A stretch of DNA of 64,000 nt from the human T2T-CHM13v2.0 reference genome, Homo sapiens: NCBI RefSeq assembly GCF_009914755.1, contig NC_060928.1; one strand, written 5' to 3'. Positions 41,234-55,324 of this stretch are shown one piece after another; positions within the stretch are counted from its first letter, which is position 1, and each line of letters opens with the position of its first letter. The notes beneath the pieces were generated by a model. The model was not told the origin of the DNA. It searched no databases and was given only the letters and a program-made list of their open reading frames with translations. Both the position numbers and the translations under genes were made by a program.

Positions 41234-44200
41234 ATAGTACATATTCAACTGTGGAAATTAAAACATCCTCCAAAGGTAACTGAAATTATCAGTAGATTAT
41301 TAATAAACCAATTAAAAGTTCAAAGAATTAGAGTTCCCAATTGAATAAATCCAAAGATTTGAACCATAAGGGGCCATGTTTACAAAAACTGAGAAATTGG
41401 CCTTAAAAAATAAACATACTTTCTTTTGAACAAGTCTTTGAAAAAAAGAGAAAGAAAAAACATAACCAATATCTTGCACCCTTATTGGATATCCAAATAA
41501 TAAGTATTAGTATTAGCATTACAAGCAGCAGTCACATATATTGGTCTGATCCCAAATTTAGTGCTAATAATTATGTTTCCTGAGGAAAATCTGGACGGTA
41601 CATAACACCTGTTGCAAGCTATTGATTTAAAATGCATAGTTTTCCTCAGATTTAAAATGAATCTCTATTCAAAGTCTACCTGGAAAGAAAGACATTGTTT
41701 GAGGGAAACCTGTAATATTTATTTGCTAGTCTTCTTGTACTTGTTTCCTTGAGAATGTCAATGCTTTTTCAATTATGAGTTATTTGAAGGAGTTCTTAGA
41801 TATCCTTGGACTAGCTTGTTATGCCTGTATAAGGTCTGGTCACTACCATCTACACTACCAATAATATTAACAGTGATGACAGTGATTGTGATGATAATTC
41901 CTGGGTCCCTATTGTATGCCAGGTCCTTAATGTATACTAAGGATGTTGTCTATTATCTCATTTAATCTTCACAATTAACTCATTTATTCATAGTTTAAGA
42001 ATGAGAGGACTGAGACTAAGCAAGACTTTTAAATTTGCCAAAGATCACAAAATTAAGAAGTGGCAGAACTAAAACCAAAGTTTCTTAGTCTTCTGTTTCT
42101 TTTTTTCCAATGTGGAAATCTAATACATTCCAAAAATACATGCTTACTATAGGAAAATTCTAAAACATAGAAAATTTGAAAAGGGTTAAAGGCTTGGCTC
42201 TGAAAGATAACTGGGAAATGATTTTCAGTGTATTTTCCTCTTTTTTTTTTTTTGCTGTGCTTTTTACACCAGTGCCTGTGCTCCTAAATACGAAGCTCTG
42301 CCAACTCCCCAGTGCTTTCATTTATGTGTACTCAAAATGCGTCCTTTGGGAAATTCTGGTCATATGTATGCTTCAGTTAGAAACACACACAAACGCATGG
42401 TGAGTGAGCACCTCCTGTTCTTCATTTCTACCTTCCCCACGGTTATCATTCCCTCTGTCTTGTCTATTCCTAATCAATAACTGGCAAAGGGAATGAAGCA
42501 AAAATCCAGATGACCAGATAAGCCTAGGAGTTTTTGAAGACACACCAAAGTAACATAATGAATCACTGGGAAGCAGTGTCTCTGGTCTCAGCACAGAAAT
42601 CAAAGGTGTCATCAACCCAGGTTTCTTGAGAATGGATAGTGGGCAAGTTGGTATCTTCAAAGTTCAACAAGAATCTAATGACATATGCTCTAATTTCTAA
42701 TAAACACACACACATATATATAGCTTGTAACTGTCTCCCTAGTGATTTTCTTCTTGAGCCAATATTTCTGAGACACAAATTTCAGAAAGTGTAGATTGCT
42801 GTAACTTCTTTGAAGGGCATTTTGGAAAAAACTACTGGAATCTAAAATATACTTACTCTTTAATTTGCAGGTTTTTTTCTAGAAATTTATTCTTCTGACC
42901 TACTCAGATAAGTGCACAAAAAGTAGAAAAGTACAAGGATATTGGTAGAGGACTGTTTATAACTGAGAGGAATTAGAAATCACTTATATATCCATCAATG
43001 AGGGATTTGTAGGTGCCCGCCCTGTGGAATTTTCGTTCTAGTGGATGTTTAACTTACCCTGCAGTTGCTGTCTTCATTGAAAATACACTCTGTGAGTTTG
43101 CATTCTGGAACTGCTCCATTACTACCTCAGATGGTATCACTGAAAGATCGTAAAATTTGCTTTTTTTATGCCAGTACAGCAGGAACAACTAAATGGAGGC
43201 GTTATTCGGTTTGTTTAAATGTTCCAAGGGTACCATAAAATTAATCTACCTAAAATTTTTTTTTCTACTAGAACCCTTAAAATATATATATTTTTTCTCC
43301 CCAAAGTGGAAAGGAATTCACATTCTCTGTTTGCTTTCCAGATTCTCTTGCAATGACAGTGGTAGATGGGTATCCAGATCAGATTTTAAAACCAGAGCCA
43401 CCATTGGGGTCCTTTCAGAATTTCCATGACTCTCAAAAACTGTGGAAGGATGAAAAAAAAGAGGGAAATTTCTTCCTTGCCACTTTCCCCAGGCAGTAGT
43501 CCAAGAACAAGAATTATAATGTGTTTTATGTCCTGAAAGTCAACTATTTCAAAATGTGAGAAAAATGCATCTTTGGAAAGGAATTAAGCAACAACTATTG
43601 TTCATCTTTGCTTAGAGATTACAACCAGCCATTGTGTTCTTTTCTAGAAATTGTCTACCTTTTCTCACAAATGCAACTAATTTGGGAAAAATTCAGTAGA
43701 ACTCAATGTTTAGATTATAGATTTAATTTATATAAATATCATTTTATTATTTGTATAAAGTAACAGCATACAGCTACCATGAGGATCATGTCAAAAGTTT
43801 TAACAAAGGATATAGAATATCCTTTTTTAGATGAGTACATTAATCATATGCAAATTGGACTGCCAGGGTTTAAAAACAATTTGTCTTAAACAGTCTCTAA
43901 AATATTAAATACAGGTTTGACTAGGGACCCTGTGCCTGTACAAGGCCCCTGTACTGTATTTGCAGAGAAAAATCAAAGTCCCTGATGGAGAACTAGGATG
44001 GCACACAAAAAGTTAGATAAATACCAAAAGCAAGAGCAAAGATGGTTTGGGTACTTCAAAATAAAATACTAGATCTAAATTTCTCCACATAAAACTCTTG
44101 AGCTGGAAAATATGATTACATCACAAATAGCCTAAAATATGACCCAATGCCAACCTGTAGTTATAATAATCTTTCTTACTGAAATGATGGTTTCCTTATA

Positions 44201-44675
44201 ATGAAAAAAAAAAAAATCAAGAGAAAAAAAATCTCACATCTGTTATAAATTTCTAAATCAAGCCATTTAACAGGGCAAAAGGAAACTTCAGCATAACCAA
44301 ATCTGCTGTGTTATCACAAATTCAGAATTAGTGCTATCATAGAATCTTAAGACTGGAAGCGATCTTTATCTAGTTGAACATCCAACACTCTATAACATCC
44401 TTACCAATTCGTAAGCATATATTCATTGAGCACATATCAGGTACCAAGCCTATGGTAGGTGGTTTTTAGCCTATTCTTAAAAAAAAATCTCTAAAAGAAA
44501 AAACTTCCCACCTCCCAGAGCAGACATTCTTCATTGGACAGCTCTAGCAATTATCCCTGAACTGAGAGCGATTTATCTTCTCCTAGAGTCTTCTGCAACT
44601 GTTCTAAATATGTTCACCATTGACCTCTCTATTGTAAAATTCAGTGTCCCATCTTTAATTTCCTATTGTTTCAAC

Positions 44676-45013
44676 CAGAGTTCTCCAACCCTCTTGGGTC
44701 CAGACTGGGTACTGGTCCATGGCCTGTTAGGAACTGGATTGCACAGCAGGAGGTAGGCTGCAGGCAAGGGAGCATGACCGCCTGAGTTCCATCTCCTGTC
44801 AGATCAGCTGAGGCATTAGATTCTCATAGGAGCGCAAACCCTATCGTGAACTACACATGTGAGAGATCTAGGACGCACATTACTTATGAGAATCCATCGA
44901 ATACCTGATGATCTGAGGTGGAATAGTTTCATCACGAAGCCATTCCCCCGATCCGTGGAAAAATGGTCTTCCACAAAACCAGTCGCTGGTGCCGAAAAGG
45001 TTGGGGAACACTG
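44676..45013. mobile_element. MER1B (hAT-Charlie)
   Basis: GGCATTAGATTCTCATAGGAGCGCAAACCCTATCGTGAAC; inverted ends; 8-bp TSD GTTTCAAC/GCTTAAAC. Confidence 0.92.
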
Positions 45014-45164
45014 GCTTAAACTACGTAGAGCATTTGACACTAATGACCACAACTTTCTTTACACTTCTGGTCAAATTTCATTTCTTCTTTCCAAATTAGA
45101 TCAGATACCCTAATTAGAAGCTATTATAGAATTCTACATTTTTCCTACAGAACACTTAACAGAG

Positions 45165-45400
45165 ATTGTAAACAATTGCTTAAGAGTGTGGAACTTGATG
45201 CCAGATTGCCAGGATTCAAATCCAGCTCTAACATGTACTAGGTGACTTTGGCCAAGTTTTCTCTGTATTTCCATTGCCTCATCTATAAAATGAGGATAAT
45301 AATGGCACCTACCTCATAGGTTGCTATGAGTACTAAATGTGTTAATATTCATAAAATCCTTAGAATAATGTAACTGGCAAATAGTAAGCACTGTGTTTGC
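45165..45400. mobile_element. MIR
   Basis: CCTCATCTATAAAATGAGGATAATAATGGCACCTACCTCATAGGTTG. Confidence 0.85.
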
Positions 45401-47179
45401 AAGCTATATAGATTATTTGATTAAAGTCTGTGGTCTCTACTAGGTTGTAAATTCCATGACGATAAGAATCATGTCTACTCTGCCTACCATTTTATGTCCC
45501 CTGCCTAGTTCTGTGTCTTTGGTATCAAACGTTTGCTAAATGAGTGAAGGAATAAATGTACAAATGAGGAAATGAGGGAAAAAAATCAAACAATGGCTGT
45601 GGGATAGGTACCATCTCATATGAATATAGTGCATCCACCTAGCGATCATCCCATATCTCACCCATTCTGGTCACTGCCAAACACCTATTCTAGACCATTT
45701 TCCTGGAAAGTTCCCTTCTTGACAGAACTCAGCTAACTGTTCTTCTCTTCTAGGTCTCGTCTCCTGACTTGCACGTTTTGGATTATATACACCGAGCTTT
45801 GAGAAATGCTTATGGTTCCTTCAATCTTGGCAACTTGAATAGATACCACTTTCTAGCACATTGAATGCACTTCCTCCTTGGCCCTCAGTTTTGCTCACTC
45901 ACTCGATTTAATGATTCCCCAAAACCTAAAAGTCCAAGGTTGGTGTGTGTTTAAACTGATATTGAAACTCAGATCTTCTGACTTATGATGTATGATGCCA
46001 TTTAAACTCTAGAAATTTGCCATTTTAAGATAAAAGGTTAAGAAATGTGGCAACCTACTACTCAAGGTACTTACTTATTCTCCTCTTTATTTCTCTGAGT
46101 TAAGATATTTCCATTTTGGTCAGATATAAAAGTGTGGTTCCTATTCAGTATTTCCTAGTATTACTACATATTCGATAAAGTCAGATTTGCATTAGCAACT
46201 TTGTTTTGTTTTTACTGTTGTTGCATTCTCTGTCATCTCTAAAAGGGAGCACGTAATGGCATTTAAATCATATAAAACACTGGGACCATGACAAACATTA
46301 TTTGCCTAAAATGGAAGCTTACAGGAGTACAAAATCAGCACTGTGATAAAATGGTGGCAAAGAGCCTCATGTCTTCGGGGTACAAGATGATAATAGGATG
46401 TGAGGGAAAAGGGATGACATCAAACAGACTTTGTCTAAAAATCTTAGTGTAGTTTTCTCATGTAATATTTAGCCACTATCTTGCGAATATGTGCATACTA
46501 TAAAATATCTGGGCACAGAAACAAAATTTGAAGGCTATGTAACAAATTATGGGTATCAAAATTAATTTATCTCTTCCTGTTTATTTCCTTCAGACAGAAT
46601 AATTAGTAGAACCTGGTTGAGGAGGTAGATTTCTTGGCCCTTGAAAGTCAGGAGAATTAAATACAACAGAACCATAGGATGCCTGGAGTCAAAGATCACA
46701 AAAAGTGCTCCTTGAATCAACGATCTCTCACTATCTCAATTTCCCCTCTGAAGAGTTCTCTGGAAAATGAAGCTGGAAACGGTTGTTAGATATATAAGAA
46801 GATTCTGTTTACCCAGAAACAAGTCTTTATCTAAGAGTAAAAAGGTGGTAGTGAATTCTAAATTATGTTTTTTTAAAAAAATCATAAAAATGTTTAAACT
46901 CTTTTAACACAAACAAACACAGCACATTTCAAAGTTAACATTGAGAACTTTTATAAATGTTAGTTTTGTTGTTGGATATTTATCTCGTGATACTGTTGAC
47001 TATTTGCCTGATGTTAGAATAAAAGTTTAAAATTTTGTATCAAAGAGACAACACATAGATGGACTCAAAATAATGAAGTCTATTTTTTCTCTCATTTACC
47101 CTCCCACAGGTGAGTAAGTGGGCCGCTTTGCTCCACATAGTCATTCAGGGATCCAAGTTTTCTCCATCTTTCTAACTCA

Positions 47180-49556
47180 CTTCATTTGCCTTTGAGAACA
47201 TCATATCATACTTATCTGGCATACTGCCTATCTTTTTCACTGCCCTGTCTCAGTTGATTAAAATCTGTGGTCTTGTTTGTTTTTCTGGGGTTTATTTTTG
47301 TTTGGCTCGTTTCCCCTCATCTCCCCTACCTCTAAATGGTGCTTGGGCTATTTCTTTTTTCTATTATTACTCACTCCCTAGGTGACCTCATCCAGTCTTG
47401 TGGTATTAAATAGCATCTATATTGATGGCTTCCAAATTAATACTTTTAGTCTGGATCCCTCTTCTGACCTGCAGACCCAGATGTTCTATGGGTCACTTAT
47501 CACCTCAGTTGGAGTCTAATAGACATCATCATCATGACATATCAAAAATAAAGTTACAAGTATTCCCCCCAAGTCCTCTTATAGTCTTCCCAATCTAACT
47601 TAACACTAATCCTGTTTCAAGTTCCTCAAGCCAAAAATCTTAGTGTCACCTTTGACTCTTTTTTTCCTCTCTTATTCCGTGTATCTAATCCCTCAGCAAA
47701 TCTTCATGGCTTTATCTTCAGAATATCCAGAAATCAACAGCTTCTCCTCCCACTGCCATTAATTTGTCTGTGCTACTATTTGCTCACATTTTATTTCCTA
47801 TAATGGCCTAATACCAAGTTGGCATTTCAAATCTTTCCTCCCTGCTTTATTTTTTTCTTTAGCATTTGTTCCTAATAAACTATACATTATGCTTATTTAC
47901 CTTTTTTATTGTCTGAGTTCAAGGAAGGCAGGATTTTGTTCTCTTTTGTTTACTGACATATCACCAGTATTTTGAACGCTGCTTGTGTCATGGGATCCTT
48001 CACCAGCCAGAAACCTCTGTGGCTGGTGGTGCCTTCTGCCTGAGCATTACTCATGCCCACTGGGTTCATTCCACTCACTCAGCCTGGCAGGCTGCACGTG
48101 GCTTGCACTACTGGCCTGGCTCCCACACCTGCCGAGGTCAAGCCAGGTGCAGAACAGTGATGGGTGTGTAAGTGAGCAAGTGCAGGGTCCAGCCACTGTG
48201 CACAGCCAGACACGCTGGCTGCTTCAACAGGGTGGGTGGTTGTGTGAGGCTGTGGCTGAACCAGGGTGTACCACAAGCAGCTTCTGCTGCAGGTACCCAC
48301 ATCTGGATGAGGGGAACACAGTGGTGCCTGGAAGCTTGGAGACACCAGGAACCACAGAGCCCCAAAGAGGGTGTCACAGCCCTGGCTCGGGCAGCCCCTA
48401 GGTGTGAGCTCCCCAAAGGGTCACAACTCTTCTCTCCTCGATGCCAGCAATGTAGTGAGCAGAGGGTTGGGGGGGGGGGGTGTTTCAGCCCTGTTTGTAT
48501 TACAGCTTATTCAGTCCCACCATTCAGCTGGTCTTGAGTTCTTGTCCCATGTCCAGGAAGAATGAGGTACATGGACAACTGGAGGGTGAGCAAGGCAGAG
48601 AGGAGATTTACTGAATGACAGAACAGCTCTCAGAAGACCTGAGTGGGTAGCTCCTTTCCACATGCAGGTACTCCTGAGGAGTCAAGGAGACCTGAAGTTC
48701 ATATCTCCCTCCTGCAGCTGGTAGTCCCAACATCTGTGTGGGTCTGCCTGAGTCCAGGGTTTTTATGGGCTCAGAAGGGAGGAAGTGTGTGCTGATTGGT
48801 CCACAGGTGGCCATGGGCAGGACAGGAAAAAGCACCATAAGTTCTCACTCCACAGCAGACTCTACCCAGAACTGGCAGCCTGGCCCCCAGGCTTCAGGCC
48901 TTCCCTGACTTGAAGGTGGGATTTCACCAAGGACCCACCCCTTTCTGCTCAGGAGCCTGCTGCTGCCTCCTGCTGCCATTAACATGCCTTCCATGGCACC
49001 CAGGCTGTTCATGCCCAGGCGGCGCCTGCAGGCCAGTGCTGAACCACCCTCATCCCCACTTTGGCCTCCCTCCCATGCTTGTCGGCATCCAAATTCTGGA
49101 GGGGGTTGAGTCAGCAGGGGGCTGGCATGTCAGTGTTGTCCCGAGCACACACACACATGCAGCTGGATTGTGACAGCACCCAGGCTCAGCCAAAACTTTG
49201 CTCTGCTTTGGAGTGGATGCCAGGAGCAGGGAAGAGGCCAGGGAGCAGGAGCAGGCACTTTCAAGCCTGCAGGGGCAAGGGGCTTCCTGGGTCCCACAAG
49301 AGCATAGGGATGCCCAGAGCTGGAGCTGAGGCTAGGTGGCTGCAGCTGTGCCCAGGAGCACAGGGGCTCCCTTTCCCCACCGCCAACTTGGTAGGGGGCA
49401 GGGCTGCCACCCCCACCAGCTCTGCAGAGCATGCAGCCTTGACCATGCATCTCCTGCTGCAGCTGGCATCCCCACAGCGGCTATTCCATACAGGCCACTG
49501 CCACCATCACCTGCATGGAGTAGACTCAGTAAATATTAGTTGAAAGAATGAATGAC
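47180..49556 (+). mobile_element. L2 3' portion split by MER52 and flanked by halves of an old MLT1
   Basis: CTCACTCCCTAGGTGACCTCATCCAGTC; end CTCAGTAAATATTAGTTGAAAGAATGAATGA. Confidence 0.8.
47986..49509 (-). mobile_element. MER52 (ERV1) solo LTR
   Basis: GC-rich 1.5-kb LTR, TGTCATGGGATCC...CCACCATCA; TSD CTTG/CCTG. Confidence 0.9.
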
Positions 49557-50845
49557 TGTTGTTTCTTCTCCATTGTCTAGGGTGTTTTCCTCAACTTCAT
49601 GGTTGAAACTCAGTCCCAGGATGGTCCATGTTTACCACCCAGAGATGGGAAAGAGAATGGTGGGGTGAACATGCAGTGTTTCCAAGTCTTAACCTGGAAA
49701 TAAACACGTATCACTTCCACTGATACTCCATCAGGGAGACATTGGATACATGGCCATCTCTAGCTGCAAGGGAGTTTGGAAATAGCATCCCTAGCTTGTA
49801 AGCCATGGGCTCACATATGTCTCTATAATTTAGAATAAGGAAAGAACATAATCTCTGAACAGCTGGAAGCTTCCATCTTACTTGGATTTATAACAGCTTA
49901 TTTTATCCAGAATGACAATGGAATTAAACTGCTTTAAAGTCCCAAAGTGAGTTACAGGCTAAAGGTAGACCAAGTTGTTCAATAATACAAAAACTCAGGA
50001 GTATTTTATAAGCTATTGATCACAAATTTGCTTACTAAAGCATGGCTGAGGCAAATCCCATTTAAAGACTATACCAAGTCCCATATATTCTTACTAATTG
50101 CTTTAGACAGAAATTGCCCAGAACATATGGAGCATATCTTCAGACTTGTATTGTTTAGTGCAACTTTATTGTTTAGTTCAACTTGCAAAAGTTGTACAGA
50201 AATAATACTGAAACTGAGGTGGAAAACAAATGTGGGTCAAAACTCCTGAAATAGTGTAAAGAAAGGAATTTGTTACTGAGTTTTCTGTCTTGTCACCTCA
50301 ATTACTACAACTCCTAAATTAACAAAACATTGGACTGACTTTCCTCCTTCTAAAAGAGTCCAAAAATCTATGAAATGACCTTAAGAGATTCCAGCAGGAC
50401 TTGGCAAAGGAAAAAATAAATCAAATGTTTAAAAAGAGAACTAGAGGATGGAGTGGAGAAAATCTGCAAATCCAAGTCCAAGCACAGATCCTTGCGGGAA
50501 ATAGTCTCAGGTACTGAAATTAATCAGACTAGAAGTAACAGTATTATGCTTTACCTAAGATTTAAAAATTTTTAAAATCCTTTTAAGTCTTGTAAAATTA
50601 ATTAATTGAAGTTAATTCCCACAGTTGGCAAATAGATTTTACATTCTCATGCACCAGGATAGAAACATAATAAAAAAGCGTTTGTTCATTGGGCCTACTA
50701 TTTCAGCATCTAAAATGTATTAAGTGCCTGAAAATAAGCATGGTTCATATCTAAAAGGCTTTTGTTGACCTACTGCAAGACCTTATGATATTTTAGGCAA
50801 TGAGTTTGTTTCTCTGCCAAGGAATCCAAAGAAACAGTGTCAAAT

Positions 50846-50912
50846 AGCCATCCTTTCCTCTGGTTTTCACTGTATCACATGAAGCCATCCTTTCCTCTGG
50901 TTTTCACTGTAT
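50846..50912. repeat. Exact 30-bp direct repeat, two copies, 7-bp spacer
   Basis: AGCCATCCTTTCCTCTGGTTTTCACTGTAT at 50846-50875 and 50883-50912. Confidence 0.97.
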
Positions 50913-53299
50913 TCAAATAAAGACAGCTGGTGGGAGCAAGGCAAGAAGATGAGGCACTTAACTGTATACTTAAAAGCAGTATCTCAACTATTATAACTCC
51001 AAACTACTGTAACTCAGTTTCTAAACATTCTCTCCTCCCCTTTTAAAATTATTAAGAAGATTTGGATTTCATCTGACATAATTTATTAACATATGTAAAA
51101 CTTTTAGCATATGATTTGCAAAGTTAAATTTTAGTTACTATTTTAAAAGTTTCTTTTCTTGATTATAGCTATATCACAAACACTCAGTTTATTGAAAAAG
51201 TTATACACCTTGATGCGCTGAGCATTTACTTGTTTTTAAGGACTTCACTACTTGTTGGGAAATTACAAAAAAACTTCATAAAATGTGAAACTCAATAAAT
51301 AGAGAAATTAAAGAGCATTTTCCATTTTCATAATACCCTAGTGTACTTTAGCTGTAATACCAAAGTACCAATACAAATTTTTAAATCAGAACAGATTTCT
51401 ATCCAATTTTAAATAAAATAGTGCTTAGCATGGGCAAAGTAATCCTTTCCATTTTTGTTAGCACTACTTCCCCAATATTAATTATTAAATCCTTCAACCA
51501 TCCCTTTTAGGGATTATTCCTTAAAAGATTAGCATGTTGCCTAAATGGGACCTTAAAGTCATTGAACCTGAAGTAACTGCAAAGAATGAATTAATTTGAA
51601 ACAATTAAAATATGGCAAGAAGCATTTGAAATCATTTGGGCTCTAAATGGTAATCAGAATTTAACTCTCTCACCTTCATGCCATTTTCACACCTGAGGGT
51701 GCTAATTTTCCTTGCATTGTAGTATAGAATCATTTGGATTTTTAAAGTGGGTCTCAATCAGCAATGAGTTTTATAATACTGAGTCTGTAGCAGTCTTGTT
51801 TATTTCACATTTTATGGTTAGATTGTCTAGTCCAGCGGGCTATATCCAGTCTCCAGGATCCAAACCTTGCAAGGCAATGAGAACAGTCTGGCTGTGCTGT
51901 CTAGAAGGCCAACTTCACAATCCTGTGGCAAGTAGGGCCTGAGAAATATTTGTTGAAACTTTATTCTGCTCAGTTCTGTGGATCCAGCCTACATTTGCCA
52001 ATAGCTTTATAATCACTTTTCCTCACAGCCATACTTCTTAGCTATCAATTAGTTTATTATTATTTTCCCATTTTATTAACATTAAGAAAATGAGACAGAG
52101 GAAAGGAAAGTTATTTTTCTACGAAATAAGGCATATGATAGGGTACATATTAATTCGGATTTACTGTCTTAAGACTAGAGACTGCCAGTCATCTGCTGAG
52201 CAGAGCATGGGGTTCGTATATACTGTACATTCCTAGCACATTTTTGTTCTCATTCCCAATCTTCCGAAACAATTAGTCCATTGCCTCTCCAACCCATTCA
52301 GATTCATTCTGTAGCAGACATGGTTGTGATCTGTAATATTTGCTAGAAGCCAAGAATGTATTACTCTTCTGACTTAATACACCTGCAAACAATGGATCAT
52401 ATGACCCATCTGGTGGCCTATGTAGAATGCTTTTATGCAACTTCCTTCTAAAGAAATATTTGGCAGTTGAACTCATAAAACCATAACTTGAAATGATAGC
52501 CTTTTCCTCTGCTAATCCATACGGTTTCCCCTGGTTCACTGGGGTTGGAGGTTTTGAAATACAATTGTACATATGCTTCCAATACACCAAATTTAAAAGA
52601 AATCCCTTTCCAGGTGAAATGCAAAGCATGTTGAATTGCATTCTTACAAAAAACATAAAGTACATGCTCCTTGGGATTATTGCTAAGATATTTATTGAAA
52701 ACAAAATCCCAGTGCAGGCTTTGCAAATGTGGGCAGACCCATAGGCATTCTTTGGAATGTGAAAGATTTCACAGCCTGGTTTTCTAAAAAACATACAGCA
52801 ATTTTTTTTCAAGCTTAGACAAAGAGTCTAGTGATTGATTTATGATTTATTTAAATGTTCCTCCTATTTCTTGAGCTCAGGGGCAAGGAGAGGCTCTGTT
52901 AGGGTGGGATGTGGGGTAAAAACCTGTCTTCAGGTTCCCTTTCTGCTGGCACCCTATCTGCTCACTGCCTCTGCCTTCTCGATGGTCACACACATGCTCA
53001 TGGCATCTGACATTTTATAATGATGCATGATTTTATGCCTTTCCCATAGTCTTGATAAAGTACTATCACCGGCATTGATAACCTACAAAATGTGCTGTAA
53101 AATGTGACCCTGTTTCATGGGTGTTGCACCCATGGTCACATTCTAATCCCTGCACAGTTTGAGGAACCTCTGCTGATAAGCACTGTTGTGCTCCACTCCA
53201 TCATCCCACTGTGAGTCATTGGCAAACACACCCCTACCCTTATGATAATATCCCAGAGGCTCAACGTGGCCATCTTTACCTCCACCACCATGGGACAAC

Positions 53300-53425
53300 A
53301 CACTGGCTTTCAGTTCCTCAAAAGGGCCCATCTTCCCTCATAAGACCTTTGCTGTTCCTTTAGCCTAGGATACTTCCCATCTCTCCAACATTCATCTCCC
53401 ACCCCTCGAACACACAGGCACAGGT

Positions 53426-53456
<31 letters not shown>

Positions 53457-53770
53457 TCTTTACTGACTCTGACTCAGCCTTCAACTCTCAGTTTAATATC
53501 ATTTACTCAAACTATGGCCTTCCGCAATCCTCCACTTCTAAATTAGAATCTCCTATAGCAATGATTCAAGTACCTGATACTTCTTTTTCACAACAAATAT
53601 CATTATTTGAAAATACATATTTTTTTTGTCACTTGCTCTTAAAGTGTCTTCCCTCACTAGGCTAACAGCAAGCTCCATCAAGGCAGTCTGGGTCTCTCAC
53701 TTACCATTGTAGCCCCAGCAACTAGAATGTAGCAAACACTCAATAAATAAGTATTTGTTGAAAGAATAAA
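53300..53770 (+). mobile_element. L2 3' fragment containing (CA)n at about 53426-53452
   Basis: CAAGCTCCATCAAGGCAG...CACTCAATAAATAAGTATTTGTTGAAAGAATAAA. Confidence 0.7.
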
Positions 53771-55324
53771 CTTTATTTCCACATTGCATGTCAGGAGAAA
53801 AGGTCTCAGTACATTGGTCAAACATTTTCCAAAGGTTCTGGGTCCCTGCCCTAAGATGAAGTTTTTTTAAAAAAAGATTGAGATGTGCCTTTTAATCATC
53901 ACAGGGTAGCATGCCCAGTGATGGCTATCCAGTCTTGGATCACTCAGGCATCCTTCAGAAGAGCAGCTAGCTCACCTCCTGTCTGGTCCTAGCAGGAGAG
54001 GGCTAACAGCAGGTGCCCATGCAATCCCTTTGTATGACAGGTAGAAGCTATTTGGATGTTTCCCTGTGTTCTCCACACAGATTTTACACCTTCTCCACTT
54101 TCTTCTGGATATCTTTCTCCATCTGAACAGCTAGAAGGCATTAAGCATTCCCAATAACTATTTTTGTCTTCTAATGTTGTTAGGTGGAGTTGGGGAATGT
54201 TACCTTTCACCATGCCTCAAATCAAATTGTCACACGTTAAGCCTGGACTCCATGGAGACCACATCATATAAGCTCCAAGTCCAATTCTTCATCCCTAGAG
54301 CTCTCTAACTAGGGGAGCTTAATGTGCATTCCACTACTTTGTTGCAGGATTGCTATTGCCTCAAGACTTCCTTATGCAGCTACAAGACAAACCATGGTTA
54401 AGGAATGTTCAAACTAGCAGTTTCACTGGCCCTGCTGTTGAATAAATGCAACCCTATCACATTCTTGTCCGGAATTTCTGTCAATCCCTTTGCATGACAT
54501 GAGGAGAATTCTGCTTAGTAACAGAGGACAGAGTCTCATGAGAGGAACTCAGTGGCCCTGCAAAGGCAATCTGTGATGAATAGCATAGTGCTGGAGCCAC
54601 TCCCATTAACAACCCCTAAGTCTAGGCAGGCCCTGGGTCAGCTGTGCGCTCTCCATAGCTGGCTTATGACCCATGGCTGTAATCACACCAGAGACACTCC
54701 TTAGCATCTTCCAAGGTGATAAGCAAGGCTAGTAGCTATAACAAATAAATTATTATCAGAATTCTTGCTGAAGCCAGCTGACTTTACAGTTCTTGGGCCA
54801 CTTCTTTTAAATGTAGTTCCCTTGCAGTTCCTATTGGTCTTGGCTATGCATAATTTATTACTTCTATTTTTAAAGCGCTATCAGAAATCAATAAGAATAT
54901 AAACACACCAACTGTTATAAATGTCCTCAAAGCAACTGTTTTCCCGTGCCATGTTATTCTTTTCGCAGCGGTAACTAGAACAATTGATGTCCTTTTTATG
55001 TGAGTTGCTTTGCTCAGGTTGAGCCACAGCTAAATGCAACATTAGCTCATCTTAAGGAAGAACATGCTGCCCCCGAACTTGTAAGTCAGGACGAATCATT
55101 TAAAGCATAGTTGAAACTCAGCAGCACTGCAGCACAGTTGAGGATTCAATATATTAACGAATGTCTATTGTGTACATTATATTGAGATATTTTTCCCAAC
55201 TAGCAAATCCTAACTAAATTGTTACCCTGCAAATCACTTTTTGGTAATAATTGAAGTCTTTATCCATATGACATGTATTTGGTAGTTTAACACTACCATG
55301 TAACTGTTTAATTAATATATGGCT

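Noticed and set aside
41520-41600. STKFGIRPIYVT resembling MFS transporter motif A
   Set aside because: A single short motif; neighbouring segments do not give a consistent MFS topology, so no family is assigned.
47983-49543. Cluster of ORFs of up to 160 aa
   Set aside because: All fall inside the GC-rich MER52 LTR and are compositional artefacts.
50846-50912. CRISPR-like 30-bp repeat
   Set aside because: Only two copies with a 7-nt spacer, in eukaryotic context with no cas genes.
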